A stretch of DNA of 64,000 nucleotides from an uncultured Candidatus Saccharibacteria bacterium. GTDB taxonomy: Bacteria > Patescibacteriota > Saccharimonadia > Saccharimonadales > EFPC-124. Shown one piece after another: positions 1 through 8,486 of this stretch. The notes below the pieces were generated by a model. That model saw nothing but the letters and a program-made list of their open reading frames with translations, was not told the DNA's origin and searched no databases. The position numbers and the translations under genes were made by a program. Positions within the stretch are counted from its first letter, which is position 1. The number at the start of each line of letters is the position of its first letter. Where the stretch lies: positions 23,311 to 87,310 of the forward strand of contig CAYOML010000001.1 of NCBI GenBank assembly GCA_964405095.1, given 5' to 3'.

Positions 1-98
1 AGATCAAACTGCTCTTGGTGCGTTCTTCCCATGCAGGGATTATAGCAGGCAAAAAGACTCCCGAGGAAGCCTCTCATTGTGCCTATGCTTGGCTGCTA

Positions 99-524
99 CT
101 AGTGAGCGCACTTCGCAACCCTGAAGCTATGGAACGAGATCCATATAACCCAAACTTGACCTATAAAGGCACTAATTGCCTCTAATAGCAAAACAAACTC
201 ACTATCTTTAGGCACTGTCATAAATAGCAACATAATAAGCCCACTTAGCCCCACTGCCCAGTACGAAATTGGCTGGACGGTTGAGCCTTTATTGTGTTTG
301 CCCATAAAGTAGATACCTGCTAAAAAAGTTAACGAAAAGAACAGCGCCAAGATCCTATGAACAACATCACTTGCAACGTTATTAGGATCGAAAGGCGTGA
401 GAGCCAATATTGCATAGCCAATCATTGAAGCCGTAAATAGCCTTACAGGTACAACGTAGCATTTCTTAAGATGATATCTTGTAAAAACCCAAAAGCTGGT
501 TGCAGCGATCGTCAAACAAAACAT
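99..524 (-). CDS. Integral membrane protein (DUF998-like)
   Basis: 141-aa ORF with about 5 hydrophobic segments and an HRILA motif; start uncertain. Confidence 0.55.
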   Translation of the reverse strand: MFCLTIAATSFWVFTRYHLKKCYVVPVRLFTASMIGYAILALTPFDPNNVASDVVHRILALFFSLTFLAGIYFMGKHNKGSTVQPISYWAVGLSGLIMLLFMTVPKDSEFVLLLEAISAFIGQVWVIWISFHSFRVAKCAH

Positions 525-590
525 ATTGTTACAAGACCTGCATATTTAGCGAATGGCTCAATGTAGCTTTTTATCACTGTTGAAAGTATA

Positions 591-616
591 ACAAAAAGAC
601 TTCCTAGAAAGTCTTA
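591..616 (-). terminator. Intrinsic terminator-like hairpin
   Basis: aaaaagactt-cctaga-aagtctt, which gives a hairpin plus U-tract on the minus strand; near copy at 3351-3377. Confidence 0.5.
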
Positions 617-669
617 CTATGGTGTACATAGCTTCCAGGGCTCACTATGGCCAAAGTTATCTTCGTAAT

Positions 670-705
670 TAAAACAGCACCGCCTGAAACGACGATGCTG
701 TTTTA
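670..705 (-). terminator. Intrinsic terminator of the 718-945 gene
   Basis: taaaacagca...tgctgtttta 10-bp inverted repeat just past the stop codon. Confidence 0.55.
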
Positions 706-717
706 CCGGCGGGAAGG

Positions 718-945
718 TTACTTCCAGCCGAAGGCTTGGCTCAAAATCCAGAGCGTTACCGCAATGGAAATAAAGAACAGCCCTAGCCCAACTGGGCTGC
801 CCCAGCTGAACCATGAGCCCCAAGCTCGCCAGTGGCTCCAGTGAGCCTTTGACAGCTCTTGCCATTGCTCGTACTGCTCTTTGGCTTTCTCTTCCTTATC
901 GACCATGCTGATCTCCTTATTAATTATCGACCAGCCCATATTCAT
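718..945 (-). CDS. Small Trp-rich single-pass membrane protein
   Basis: 75-aa ORF with a charged N-terminus, C-terminal TM helix and downstream terminator. Confidence 0.55.
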   Translation of the reverse strand: MNMGWSIINKEISMVDKEEKAKEQYEQWQELSKAHWSHWRAWGSWFSWGSPVGLGLFFISIAVTLWILSQAFGWK

Positions 946-1092
946 AGATACCGCAAGTCTGTTTACGCTGTGGACTAAACAACCAGACCGCTAGGCGGAT
1001 TTATATCAAACCTATTATAACATTGGCCGACCAGATGCAAGTTCGTTAAAAAACAATTTCACGACCCACAAAAAAATTATAAAATATTAGAT

Positions 1093-2058
1093 ATGAGAGC
1101 AACCACATATGAAGAAGTAAGCTCGGGTGCCCTAAATTCTCCTGAAGCCCGTTCCGATATGGCGATCGATTTAACCCATACAGCCTTACGTGGACTGTAC
1201 AAACGGGGTCTCATAGTTGGAGCTATGTTATTTGGCTCAGCTTTTAGCGGTGACTTGTTCCGTGAACCGGACATTAATCCGCTAAGCGACCTCGATGTCC
1301 TAGTCGTTACAAAGGGCGACTATGGCGAAGGCATGAGATCACTTCGAGATATCCATGCCCTAGTCCTAGGCCGGTTGGCAGTCTCGCTCGAGATGACTTG
1401 GTTAACTGAGCAGCAAGCTCAGGCGGGCGACCACACGGTAGCTCAGCCTATGCACGTATGGCTGCAGCGGCAAGTAATACTACATCCTGAAATGGTAATC
1501 GGCGAGGATCCGACAGAGCTTCTTGAACCAATAGATGTTGATCTAGATGAATATACTGATAGATGGTTCCAGGAAACGCGTAGTAGATTCCAAAAAGCCA
1601 GCGTTTCCCCACATCAGGCCCTTCCGTGGGCATTGAGCCTGCCTCATATAGCTGCTCGTCGATCTATTGATGCACTAAAATACACCCGTAGAGCGGGGCA
1701 GACTGATAAAACGCCTCTTGATGTGACTCGCGAAGGTATCCGTGCCGCAGTGCAAGATATATATGGCAAGCATGACCCAGAAATATGGGAGCTATACCAA
1801 AAGATTGAGGGCATGCAGCGGGATTTTTTATCCTTCCTTATGGATGAGGTAAGTACTGGCGAGGTGAGTAAAACTGAGTACAATGCAACGATAGAAGCAA
1901 TGGCGAGCAGAGCTATCCCGGAGGTGCTAAAGCTGCTTGATAAGATGCATGATGCTTTCGGTAGGGTCGGGTATCCGGTGCTTGACGATGCCCATTTTAG
2001 GCGGGTACAAGAGGCAAATGGGCGAATACCGACATACCAGTACTTCACGGTTGAGTAG
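1093..2058 (+). CDS. Pol-beta-superfamily nucleotidyltransferase domain protein with helical C-terminal domain
   Basis: LFGSAFSG...SDLDVLVV (hG[GS] plus DxD) motif. Confidence 0.65.
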   Translation: MRATTYEEVSSGALNSPEARSDMAIDLTHTALRGLYKRGLIVGAMLFGSAFSGDLFREPDINPLSDLDVLVVTKGDYGEGMRSLRDIHALVLGRLAVSLEMTWLTEQQAQAGDHTVAQPMHVWLQRQVILHPEMVIGEDPTELLEPIDVDLDEYTDRWFQETRSRFQKASVSPHQALPWALSLPHIAARRSIDALKYTRRAGQTDKTPLDVTREGIRAAVQDIYGKHDPEIWELYQKIEGMQRDFLSFLMDEVSTGEVSKTEYNATIEAMASRAIPEVLKLLDKMHDAFGRVGYPVLDDAHFRRVQEANGRIPTYQYFTVE

Positions 2059-2117
2059 TAGCGATAGGTATTAATATCTTGCCTGTGGAATTGAGAAGCT
2101 TAAGTGTTGTAGTAGCA

Positions 2118-2696
2118 TTAGGCTGCTACAGAAGCGAGAGACCTAGCAGCTGCTTCTTGCAATGCTTGGAGTCCGCTTCGGATTTCGTACGTGCCGTCTA
2201 GAGCAGCGCCGCCGGTGTGATACGCGTCGTAGCCTGGTTTAACGGTCAGATCTTCAACAGTTGCCTTATGGACTAATCTTGGATTGCTGCCGTCCGCTTC
2301 TGCTGTGAAATGCCACAATTCGCCCTCTGGGTCGAGTGCAATTCCAAATGTATGGTGACCCGTAAGCACTAAGTCGCTGAAGCTACGGGGAAGGTCAATT
2401 TCAGCATCTATTCTGGTGTGAACCACCCAGAAAGGCTCCCGTACAGGCTTGCGGCTCTCGGAGGCTGCCACACCGATCATGCGCAGTGCCCGTGCTCCAA
2501 CAATTCGAGGGATAGTACGCCGAGTGTCTACTTGCACCAACGTGTCCGGCTCAAAGTTTGCTTCGCGGAGCTCTTGGGCAACTCCAAGAGCCTCACCGCG
2601 TAGTACTCCGGCTAAAGTTTCCCTGAGACGATTTTTGGAGGCTGGGTCGGCGTTCCCTAATTCCCCCCAGCCTCGGTCTTCCATCGGGTTAATCAT
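2118..2696 (-). CDS. Hypothetical protein
   Basis: Long ORF; TATAAT 7 nt upstream of the ATG at 2696. Confidence 0.55.
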   Translation of the reverse strand: MINPMEDRGWGELGNADPASKNRLRETLAGVLRGEALGVAQELREANFEPDTLVQVDTRRTIPRIVGARALRMIGVAASESRKPVREPFWVVHTRIDAEIDLPRSFSDLVLTGHHTFGIALDPEGELWHFTAEADGSNPRLVHKATVEDLTVKPGYDAYHTGGAALDGTYEIRSGLQALQEAAARSLASVAA

Positions 2697-2774
2697 GCGC
2701 ACTATTATAGCACCGATACTCTGTTCTGTAAACTCGCTGCAAGCATAGATATGGGGTGGACGTACTTCGCAACC

Positions 2775-3242
2775 CTAATTCAATAGAGCGACTGCTACAT
2801 TCAAACAAGTTGCAAAACTTACCCATGCAGCATAGGGCGCTAAAAGATACACAGCCGACCTTGAGATCGGCCAAAAAAGCTTAGCCGTCACAAGTATACT
2901 AGCCAGCAACAGAGCAATAATTACCACGCCCGCCCATGGTGCGTGCAAACCAAAGAACACCAATGACCACAGCGCATTTAATACAAGCTGTATCCCAAAA
3001 AACAGGAATGCCCATTTTTTCGTTCCTTTGTACTGAGCAACCCACACAAGATATAGGCTTAAGCCCATGAGTAAATAAAGCACAGTCCATACCGGGCCAA
3101 AAAGCCAGTTTGGAGGGCTGAAAAAAGGCTTTTCCAGAGCAGTGTACCAAGTAGGGATGTTGGCAATGGTTGCGATACTTCCAATGCCTGCTGCAGAAAA
3201 TGAGAGTAGTTCGGATACTAAAAATTTAACTAGCTTAAGCAT
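2775..3242 (-). CDS. tspO: TspO/MBR family tryptophan-rich sensory protein
   Basis: WY..LEKP.FSPPNWLFGPVWTVLY, QLVLNALWSLVFFG and LLAPYAAWVSFATCLN motifs. Confidence 0.93.
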   Translation of the reverse strand: MLKLVKFLVSELLSFSAAGIGSIATIANIPTWYTALEKPFFSPPNWLFGPVWTVLYLLMGLSLYLVWVAQYKGTKKWAFLFFGIQLVLNALWSLVFFGLHAPWAGVVIIALLLASILVTAKLFWPISRSAVYLLAPYAAWVSFATCLNVAVALLN

Positions 3243-3350
3243 AATACGATTATACACCTATACACCCATTGGTCGCGGGAATGTATTGGCACTCATACTC
3301 AAATCCCTTGCAACTGTTAGTGGATGTGTTTTGCAATAGCGCAATCATAA

Positions 3351-3377
3351 CAAAAAAGACTTCCGAAGAAGTCTTTT
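3351..3377 (-). terminator. Intrinsic (possibly bidirectional) terminator
   Basis: aaaaaagacttc-cgaa-gaagtctttt. Confidence 0.65.
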
Positions 3378-3444
3378 AAGCATAAGTACTATGGTTGGGG
3401 GCAAGGTATCTAACCCAAATCTCTTATGAAATAATCTGTGGTGT

Positions 3445-3474
3445 TTGACAAATTCTGCAAAGACCTGCTAGAAT
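3445..3474 (+). promoter_or_regulatory. Sigma70 promoter driving an antisense RNA to the NYN gene
   Basis: TTGACA-N18-TAGAAT with TG extension. Confidence 0.65.
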
Positions 3475-3479
3475 AGAAC

Positions 3480-3536
3480 CATCACCATGACCGGATAGGC
3501 CTAAGGTTTCGACCGACCGCCGATGCCGGTCTTTTT
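3480..3536 (+). ncRNA. Putative antisense sRNA overlapping the NYN gene 3' end
   Basis: Promoter upstream; gaccgg..ccggtc stem with an inner ggt-ttcg-acc hairpin followed by TTTTT. Confidence 0.5.
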
Positions 3537-4031
3537 GTATTCCAACGACTTTTTGAGGTGATCCACGCCAATAATGTACTGCGAGAAGGGTTTAAGGAGT
3601 TTAGAATATTTGCGGTTAGGAGCGAGTACATGCAGAAGTTTGTTCTTGTCGACAAGAAACTCAACAAGACAGGCAAAGTCACCATCACCGCTAACGATTA
3701 TCGCTTTGTCGTAGTTGGCAAACTGAATTGCAGCAGCGTGCAATACAAGCTCAGCGTCAACATTACCCTTAACAGTTTGTTTACCGTTTTCGAAATACTG
3801 CACTGTAGGCTTAAAAACCAAAATAAACCCAGCCTTCTGCAGCTGTGTGTAGAGCTTCTGGTTGTTACTGACCAGGCCAATAAACATAAATGCTTGATCA
3901 ACATGGTACTTATTCCTAAGATACAGCCGGAGCTTTTTATAGTCGATCCGCCAGCCGAGCGTACGGACACCAAGATTCAGGTTCTGACTATCGATGAAAG
4001 CGAAGTTGGAAAGCTTTTTAGAGATGCTCAT
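3501..4031 (-). CDS. NYN-domain (LabA/DUF88, PIN-fold) protein
   Basis: FIDSQNL, KGNVDAELV and IVSGDGDF motifs. Confidence 0.92.
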   Translation of the reverse strand: MSISKKLSNFAFIDSQNLNLGVRTLGWRIDYKKLRLYLRNKYHVDQAFMFIGLVSNNQKLYTQLQKAGFILVFKPTVQYFENGKQTVKGNVDAELVLHAAAIQFANYDKAIIVSGDGDFACLVEFLVDKNKLLHVLAPNRKYSKLLKPFSQYIIGVDHLKKSLEYKKTGIGGRSKP

Positions 4032-4053
4032 ACCTGACGATTATAGCTCACTT

Positions 4054-4128
4054 TGGCTGGGGAGGAGGGATTCGAACCCCCGAATGCTAGGACCAAAACC
4101 TAGTGCCTTACCACTTGGCGACTCCCCA
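4054..4128 (-). tRNA. tRNA-Gln (TTG)
   Basis: TGGGGAG acceptor, CTAGG-TTTTGGT-CCTAG anticodon arm, GGTTCGAATCC T-arm, encoded CCA. Confidence 0.97.
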
Positions 4129-4275
4129 ATGATGGGTAACAGCCCAGATTATATCTGATATGGCCCCATCTGGGAAGCCTGCACCAGTCCGCAATCGTTA
4201 AGTCGGTTGACAAAATGCTTATTTAACTTTGCTACCCAAATAGCACAAACTGTGTATAAGTTATATGCTTACCGG

Positions 4276-5244
4276 ATGAGCATCACAGATAGATTAGGCG
4301 GAGCAGCTGAGTTTACGCCCCGACCGACGATTCCCATCGAACATCTCCCGCACGTTGTTGAGGCCCGCATTGCAGCTACCGATGATCTTAGTGTGCCGTT
4401 TTTTATACATATTGCCGGCGCGTCGGGAGCAGGCAAAACAAGTGCCGCCCGGGCACTCGAGCAGCTTGGCCGCCCAGTTGTGTCTTTTCCTATGGACAAC
4501 TACATGCTCGGCAGGCATTTTGTAAACGAGCTACAGGCTGCCGACCCGGCTTCGTATGGCTGGGACGATGTACAGAACTTTGACCTTGGCCTGATCGCCG
4601 AGCATCTGGCCATCCTTAGGGAGACAGGACAGGTCACTACGCCAGTTTTTGACCGCATGACCAGTGAACCTGCCAAGACGACGCTCACAATATCCGCCGA
4701 GCCCGGCAATATTGTCGTTGTCGAAGGTATCCATGCTTTATCACCGGTTTTGCACCACAATGCCTATATAACATTTTTTATCGACACGCCATTGCACGAC
4801 CGTCTGTGGCGTCGGGCGGTGCGCAACACATTGTACCCAGAATTTAGCAGCACCAATCTCGACAGTCTGCTATCTAACTACTTGCTGCGGGTAGAGCCTG
4901 GTTTTAGGGAGCATGCTTGGCTCCACCGGCAAAGTGCCGATGTCTGGGTGCTTAACCCAGCTTTGCCAACCAGGGACTATGAATATGCGCTAGATAGGGC
5001 ACCCGACGCCTCGCCAGATGCAACATACACGGCTATTTTGGTGCCACATAGCAATGTCGGTTCACTGCAGGCCAACGAACATATCTACTTGAGCCATGAT
5101 TTATCGGCGGCCACAGATGAAGCTAGGTTGAATATTCATTACGTTGTTGGCCACAAAGAACTCCTACAACACCCGTTATCTGCGAGCACCCTTGAGCTCC
5201 TCAGCGATCATTACGATGTGCAACCTCTTGCACCGATTGCATAA
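4276..5244 (+). CDS. Uridine kinase/phosphoribulokinase-family P-loop kinase with C-terminal extension
   Basis: IAGASGAGKTS Walker A, MDNY, PVFD and VVEGIHAL motifs. Confidence 0.8.
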   Translation: MSITDRLGGAAEFTPRPTIPIEHLPHVVEARIAATDDLSVPFFIHIAGASGAGKTSAARALEQLGRPVVSFPMDNYMLGRHFVNELQAADPASYGWDDVQNFDLGLIAEHLAILRETGQVTTPVFDRMTSEPAKTTLTISAEPGNIVVVEGIHALSPVLHHNAYITFFIDTPLHDRLWRRAVRNTLYPEFSSTNLDSLLSNYLLRVEPGFREHAWLHRQSADVWVLNPALPTRDYEYALDRAPDASPDATYTAILVPHSNVGSLQANEHIYLSHDLSAATDEARLNIHYVVGHKELLQHPLSASTLELLSDHYDVQPLAPIA

Positions 5245-5294
5245 TCCGTCTTATAACAGTGTACTTTATCATAATTTGTGTTATAGTATTCGAG

Positions 5295-7136
5295 ATGTTT
5301 ATTGTTCCCGATTCAATCGAGCGCCGAGTAGGTGCCGAGGAAGCTGCTATTCAAAGCCGTCTCCGCCAACCGGTTCCTTTAGCGACCGAAACAACCTTAC
5401 AGGAAGTGTACGGCGCGGTTGAGGCAGATGTAGCACATGTTATTGCTGACACGTACGACCTGGCTGAGCCGGATGTAGTAATTGACGATATTCCCGGTCA
5501 CCTCGACCACATGGATATTGCCGTCCCAATGTTCCCATACGCCAGGGCAGCACGCACCAGTCCGACTGTAATTGGCCAGGTTGTCGGGTCTTCCCTAGGC
5601 CCCGTCTTGCCAATGGGAATCGACAGCGTCGAAACAACCGGCCCTTACGTCAATATGCGCTTAGACCGCCCGCAGCTGTTTGATGCCGGCCTCCGTGAGG
5701 TACTCACCCAGGGCAGCGCATATGGCAAAGGGAACGTCCAACACGGCAAAACCGTTTTTATTGATTATTCATCACCCAACATAGCTAAGCATCTCGGCAT
5801 CCAACATATCCCTACGACTATAGTAGGTGAGAGCCTGGCCCGTATTAATGAGGCCGAGGGCGCTCACGTTGTCCGCGCTAACTACCTGGGCGACTTTGGC
5901 ACACCATTCGGTAAGATACTGGTTGGCATCGATCGCTACGGCGACCCTGTAGAATTGGCTGCAGACCTAGTTGGCCAGATGCACACGCTGTACGTACGGG
6001 TAAACCGCGAGGTCAAAACCGACCCCGAACTAAGCGAGGCCGTTCGCGACGCATCTGCCCGCCTAGAAAACTCTGACCCCGAGGCAATGCGGGTCTGGGA
6101 AGCGGCCCGTGAGGCTAACATTGCCGAAAACGATGCTCTATACGAGCGTTTAGGCATTCACTTTGACACCACCGCTGGCGAAAGCTATTTTGCCAATTCT
6201 GGCCAAGAGCTAATCGACGAATTGCTAGACCAAGGCATCGCCGTCGAAGAGAACGGTGTTGTCGTTATACCCGCGTCAGACGATACTGATCCGCTTGTTT
6301 TGCGCAGATCCGATGGCTCAACACTGTATGGTACGCGTGATTTAGCCGCTCTGCGTTACCGCGTAGAACGCTACAATCCCGACATTATCAAATATGTCGT
6401 TGGCGCCGAGCAATCTGGCCATTTTGCAAGCGTATTTGCTGTAGCCGCCTTGTCGCGCATTATTAAAAGCCGCGACCAGGTGGAGCATGTGAAGCTCGGC
6501 TTATTTGCCGATCAGACTGGGCGAAAATTGTCATCTCGCAGTGGTGCTACCGACGCTTTTGCTGACCTTGTGGACAACGCCATTGCTACCGCCCACGACA
6601 GTTTGACCGAACGCTACACCGACCAACCGGAACGCCTGGCCGATGTGCCCGAACTGGCACGCAAGCTGGGCATCGCCGCTATTATGTACAGCGTTCTGCG
6701 CCGTGAGGCATCATCAAACACAGTTATTACCCCCGACCTAGGTGTAACCCGTGAAGCGGGTACCGCCGGCTACCTGCAATATACCCACGCCCGGGCGAAT
6801 AGCATCGTGGAACGAGCTGGCCTGTCGGACAATGAATTGCTCGATGGAGAATTGGCTTTTACCACAGACGCCGAGTGGAGGGTTGCCAGAGCAATTATGG
6901 CCTTCCCAGACAGCGTTGCCAGGGCTGCCGAAACAAACGGCCCACATTACATAGCTAAAGCGCTAGAAGACTTAGCTGGCGCGTTCAGCACTATGTACCA
7001 GGCGCGGGACATATCGATTTTAAGCGCCGAAGATCCCAATATCCGGCGTTCCCGCGTCGCCCTCACGCGTTCCGTGCAGGTTGTGTTACAAAACGGCTTA
7101 CAATTACTCAACATAGAAGCCCCCGACCGAATATAA
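5295..7136 (+). CDS. argS: Arginine--tRNA ligase (divergent HIGH motif)
   Basis: GPYVN, IDYSSPNIAK, NYLGDFG, GESYF, RSDGSTLYGTRDLAA, YVVGAEQ..HF, KLSSR, YLQYTHAR. Confidence 0.9.
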   Translation: MFIVPDSIERRVGAEEAAIQSRLRQPVPLATETTLQEVYGAVEADVAHVIADTYDLAEPDVVIDDIPGHLDHMDIAVPMFPYARAARTSPTVIGQVVGSSLGPVLPMGIDSVETTGPYVNMRLDRPQLFDAGLREVLTQGSAYGKGNVQHGKTVFIDYSSPNIAKHLGIQHIPTTIVGESLARINEAEGAHVVRANYLGDFGTPFGKILVGIDRYGDPVELAADLVGQMHTLYVRVNREVKTDPELSEAVRDASARLENSDPEAMRVWEAAREANIAENDALYERLGIHFDTTAGESYFANSGQELIDELLDQGIAVEENGVVVIPASDDTDPLVLRRSDGSTLYGTRDLAALRYRVERYNPDIIKYVVGAEQSGHFASVFAVAALSRIIKSRDQVEHVKLGLFADQTGRKLSSRSGATDAFADLVDNAIATAHDSLTERYTDQPERLADVPELARKLGIAAIMYSVLRREASSNTVITPDLGVTREAGTAGYLQYTHARANSIVERAGLSDNELLDGELAFTTDAEWRVARAIMAFPDSVARAAETNGPHYIAKALEDLAGAFSTMYQARDISILSAEDPNIRRSRVALTRSVQVVLQNGLQLLNIEAPDRI

Positions 7137-7141
7137 AGCAC

Positions 7142-7170
7142 TTGATTTTAACGGAGTATACACATAGAAT
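7142..7170 (+). promoter_or_regulatory. Sigma70 promoter for the 7269-10384 operon
   Basis: TTGATT-N17-TAGAAT. Confidence 0.55.
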
Positions 7171-7220
7171 GTTGTGCATCGGCTCATATAAGAAATTAAG
7201 ATACGCGAGGATAAGTTAGC

Positions 7221-7246
7221 CAGATTGTGGAGTCATCCACAATCTG
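7221..7246 (+). promoter_or_regulatory. Perfect 11-bp inverted repeat in the operon leader (operator or RNA hairpin)
   Basis: cagattgtgga-gtca-tccacaatctg. Confidence 0.55.
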
Positions 7247-7268
7247 TACTTAATTTATAATTAGCATT

Positions 7269-8486
7269 ATGCAAGACAAATTAAAAAGTCGTATTCAAGC
7301 ACTCGAAGACAAATACGATAATTTGCTTCACCTGACCGCCAACGAGAATATCATCTCGCCCCTCGCCAAAAGGGCACTTAATTCAACATTGTCTAACCGT
7401 TACAGTATGACCAACAACAACGGGTCGTCTGTTGCCACCTTTGGACGAAATGCGGCCTACAAGAGCCTACTCGAAGTTGACGACTTATACGCCGAGGCTA
7501 CTGCGGCCTTAAATCAGATCCTCCACGCCGAATATTCCACGTTGCGCTGCCTAACCGGCGCCCATGCCATGGCCTGCGTCCTGCTGACAACGACTCAGCC
7601 GGGTGACACTGTTATGACCGTCCCATCCAAGCAAGGCGGGCACTTTTGTACCACTGGTATTCTGGATCTGACCGGCAGAAAGCACGTAGAGACTGTTTAT
7701 GATCCTGATAGTTTAACCTTCGACGCTAAAAAAACCGCCAAAGTCTGCAAGCAAAATAATGTCCGCGTCATCTACCTCGACACATCGGTCTATCTTAAAC
7801 CACACCCCATTAAAGAGTTGCGCGAACTTGTTGGCCCAGACGTACTAATCGTGTACGATGCCAGCCACACCGTAGGTCTGATGATGGGCGGTCAATTCCA
7901 GAGCCCATTGCAAGAAGGCGCCGACATTATTTCGGCCAATAGCCACAAAACCCTACCCGGACCTCACAAAGCAGTGGTCGCGTTTAAAGACCGTGATTTA
8001 GGCGAACGCTTCGAAAAAGAGATCCTCAAGAGCTTTGTATCGAGCACCCACACTAATTCGCTGCTTAGCCTGATTGTGACTATCTTTGAAATGCAAGAGT
8101 TTGGCCGCGATTATGCACAGCAAGTCATTAAGAACGCGCAGGCCCTTGGTGAATATTTGGCTGCCGAAGGTTTAGAAGTGCGCCGCGCTGATGCCGACCA
8201 CATTACCTACAATCACCAGGTACATTTGTACTCACCGCTGGGCCGCACAGAGACAGTTGAAGCATTTTTAGCCAGCAACATCAGCCTTGGTACCAGTGGC
8301 GCATTGGGCGACCGTCTGTTTATTAGGCTCGGCACCCAAGAGATTACGCGCCGCGGCTACAAAGAACTGGACATACAGCACATTGCCCAGATTATTGCAG
8401 CTGTGTTATCGGGCAAAGATGCAGCACAAAATGTTAAGCAATTACTAACCAGTCACACAAAAATCTTATACGGATATAGCGCATAA
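7269..8486 (+). CDS. SHMT-fold PLP enzyme, L-threonine transaldolase-like
   Basis: LTANEN, GGH, YDASH, NSHKTLPGPHK, Y..QV..NA..L and IRLGTQEITRRG; lacks the SHMT YAEG and TTHKTLRGPRG motifs. Confidence 0.8.
   Translation: MQDKLKSRIQALEDKYDNLLHLTANENIISPLAKRALNSTLSNRYSMTNNNGSSVATFGRNAAYKSLLEVDDLYAEATAALNQILHAEYSTLRCLTGAHAMACVLLTTTQPGDTVMTVPSKQGGHFCTTGILDLTGRKHVETVYDPDSLTFDAKKTAKVCKQNNVRVIYLDTSVYLKPHPIKELRELVGPDVLIVYDASHTVGLMMGGQFQSPLQEGADIISANSHKTLPGPHKAVVAFKDRDLGERFEKEILKSFVSSTHTNSLLSLIVTIFEMQEFGRDYAQQVIKNAQALGEYLAAEGLEVRRADADHITYNHQVHLYSPLGRTETVEAFLASNISLGTSGALGDRLFIRLGTQEITRRGYKELDIQHIAQIIAAVLSGKDAAQNVKQLLTSHTKILYGYSA

Noticed and set aside
3558-4037. Antisense and shadow ORFs such as 3558-4037(+), 9589-10104(-), 28461-28931(+) and 61304-61795(-)
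   Set aside because: They lie opposite well-supported genes and lack recognisable motifs.
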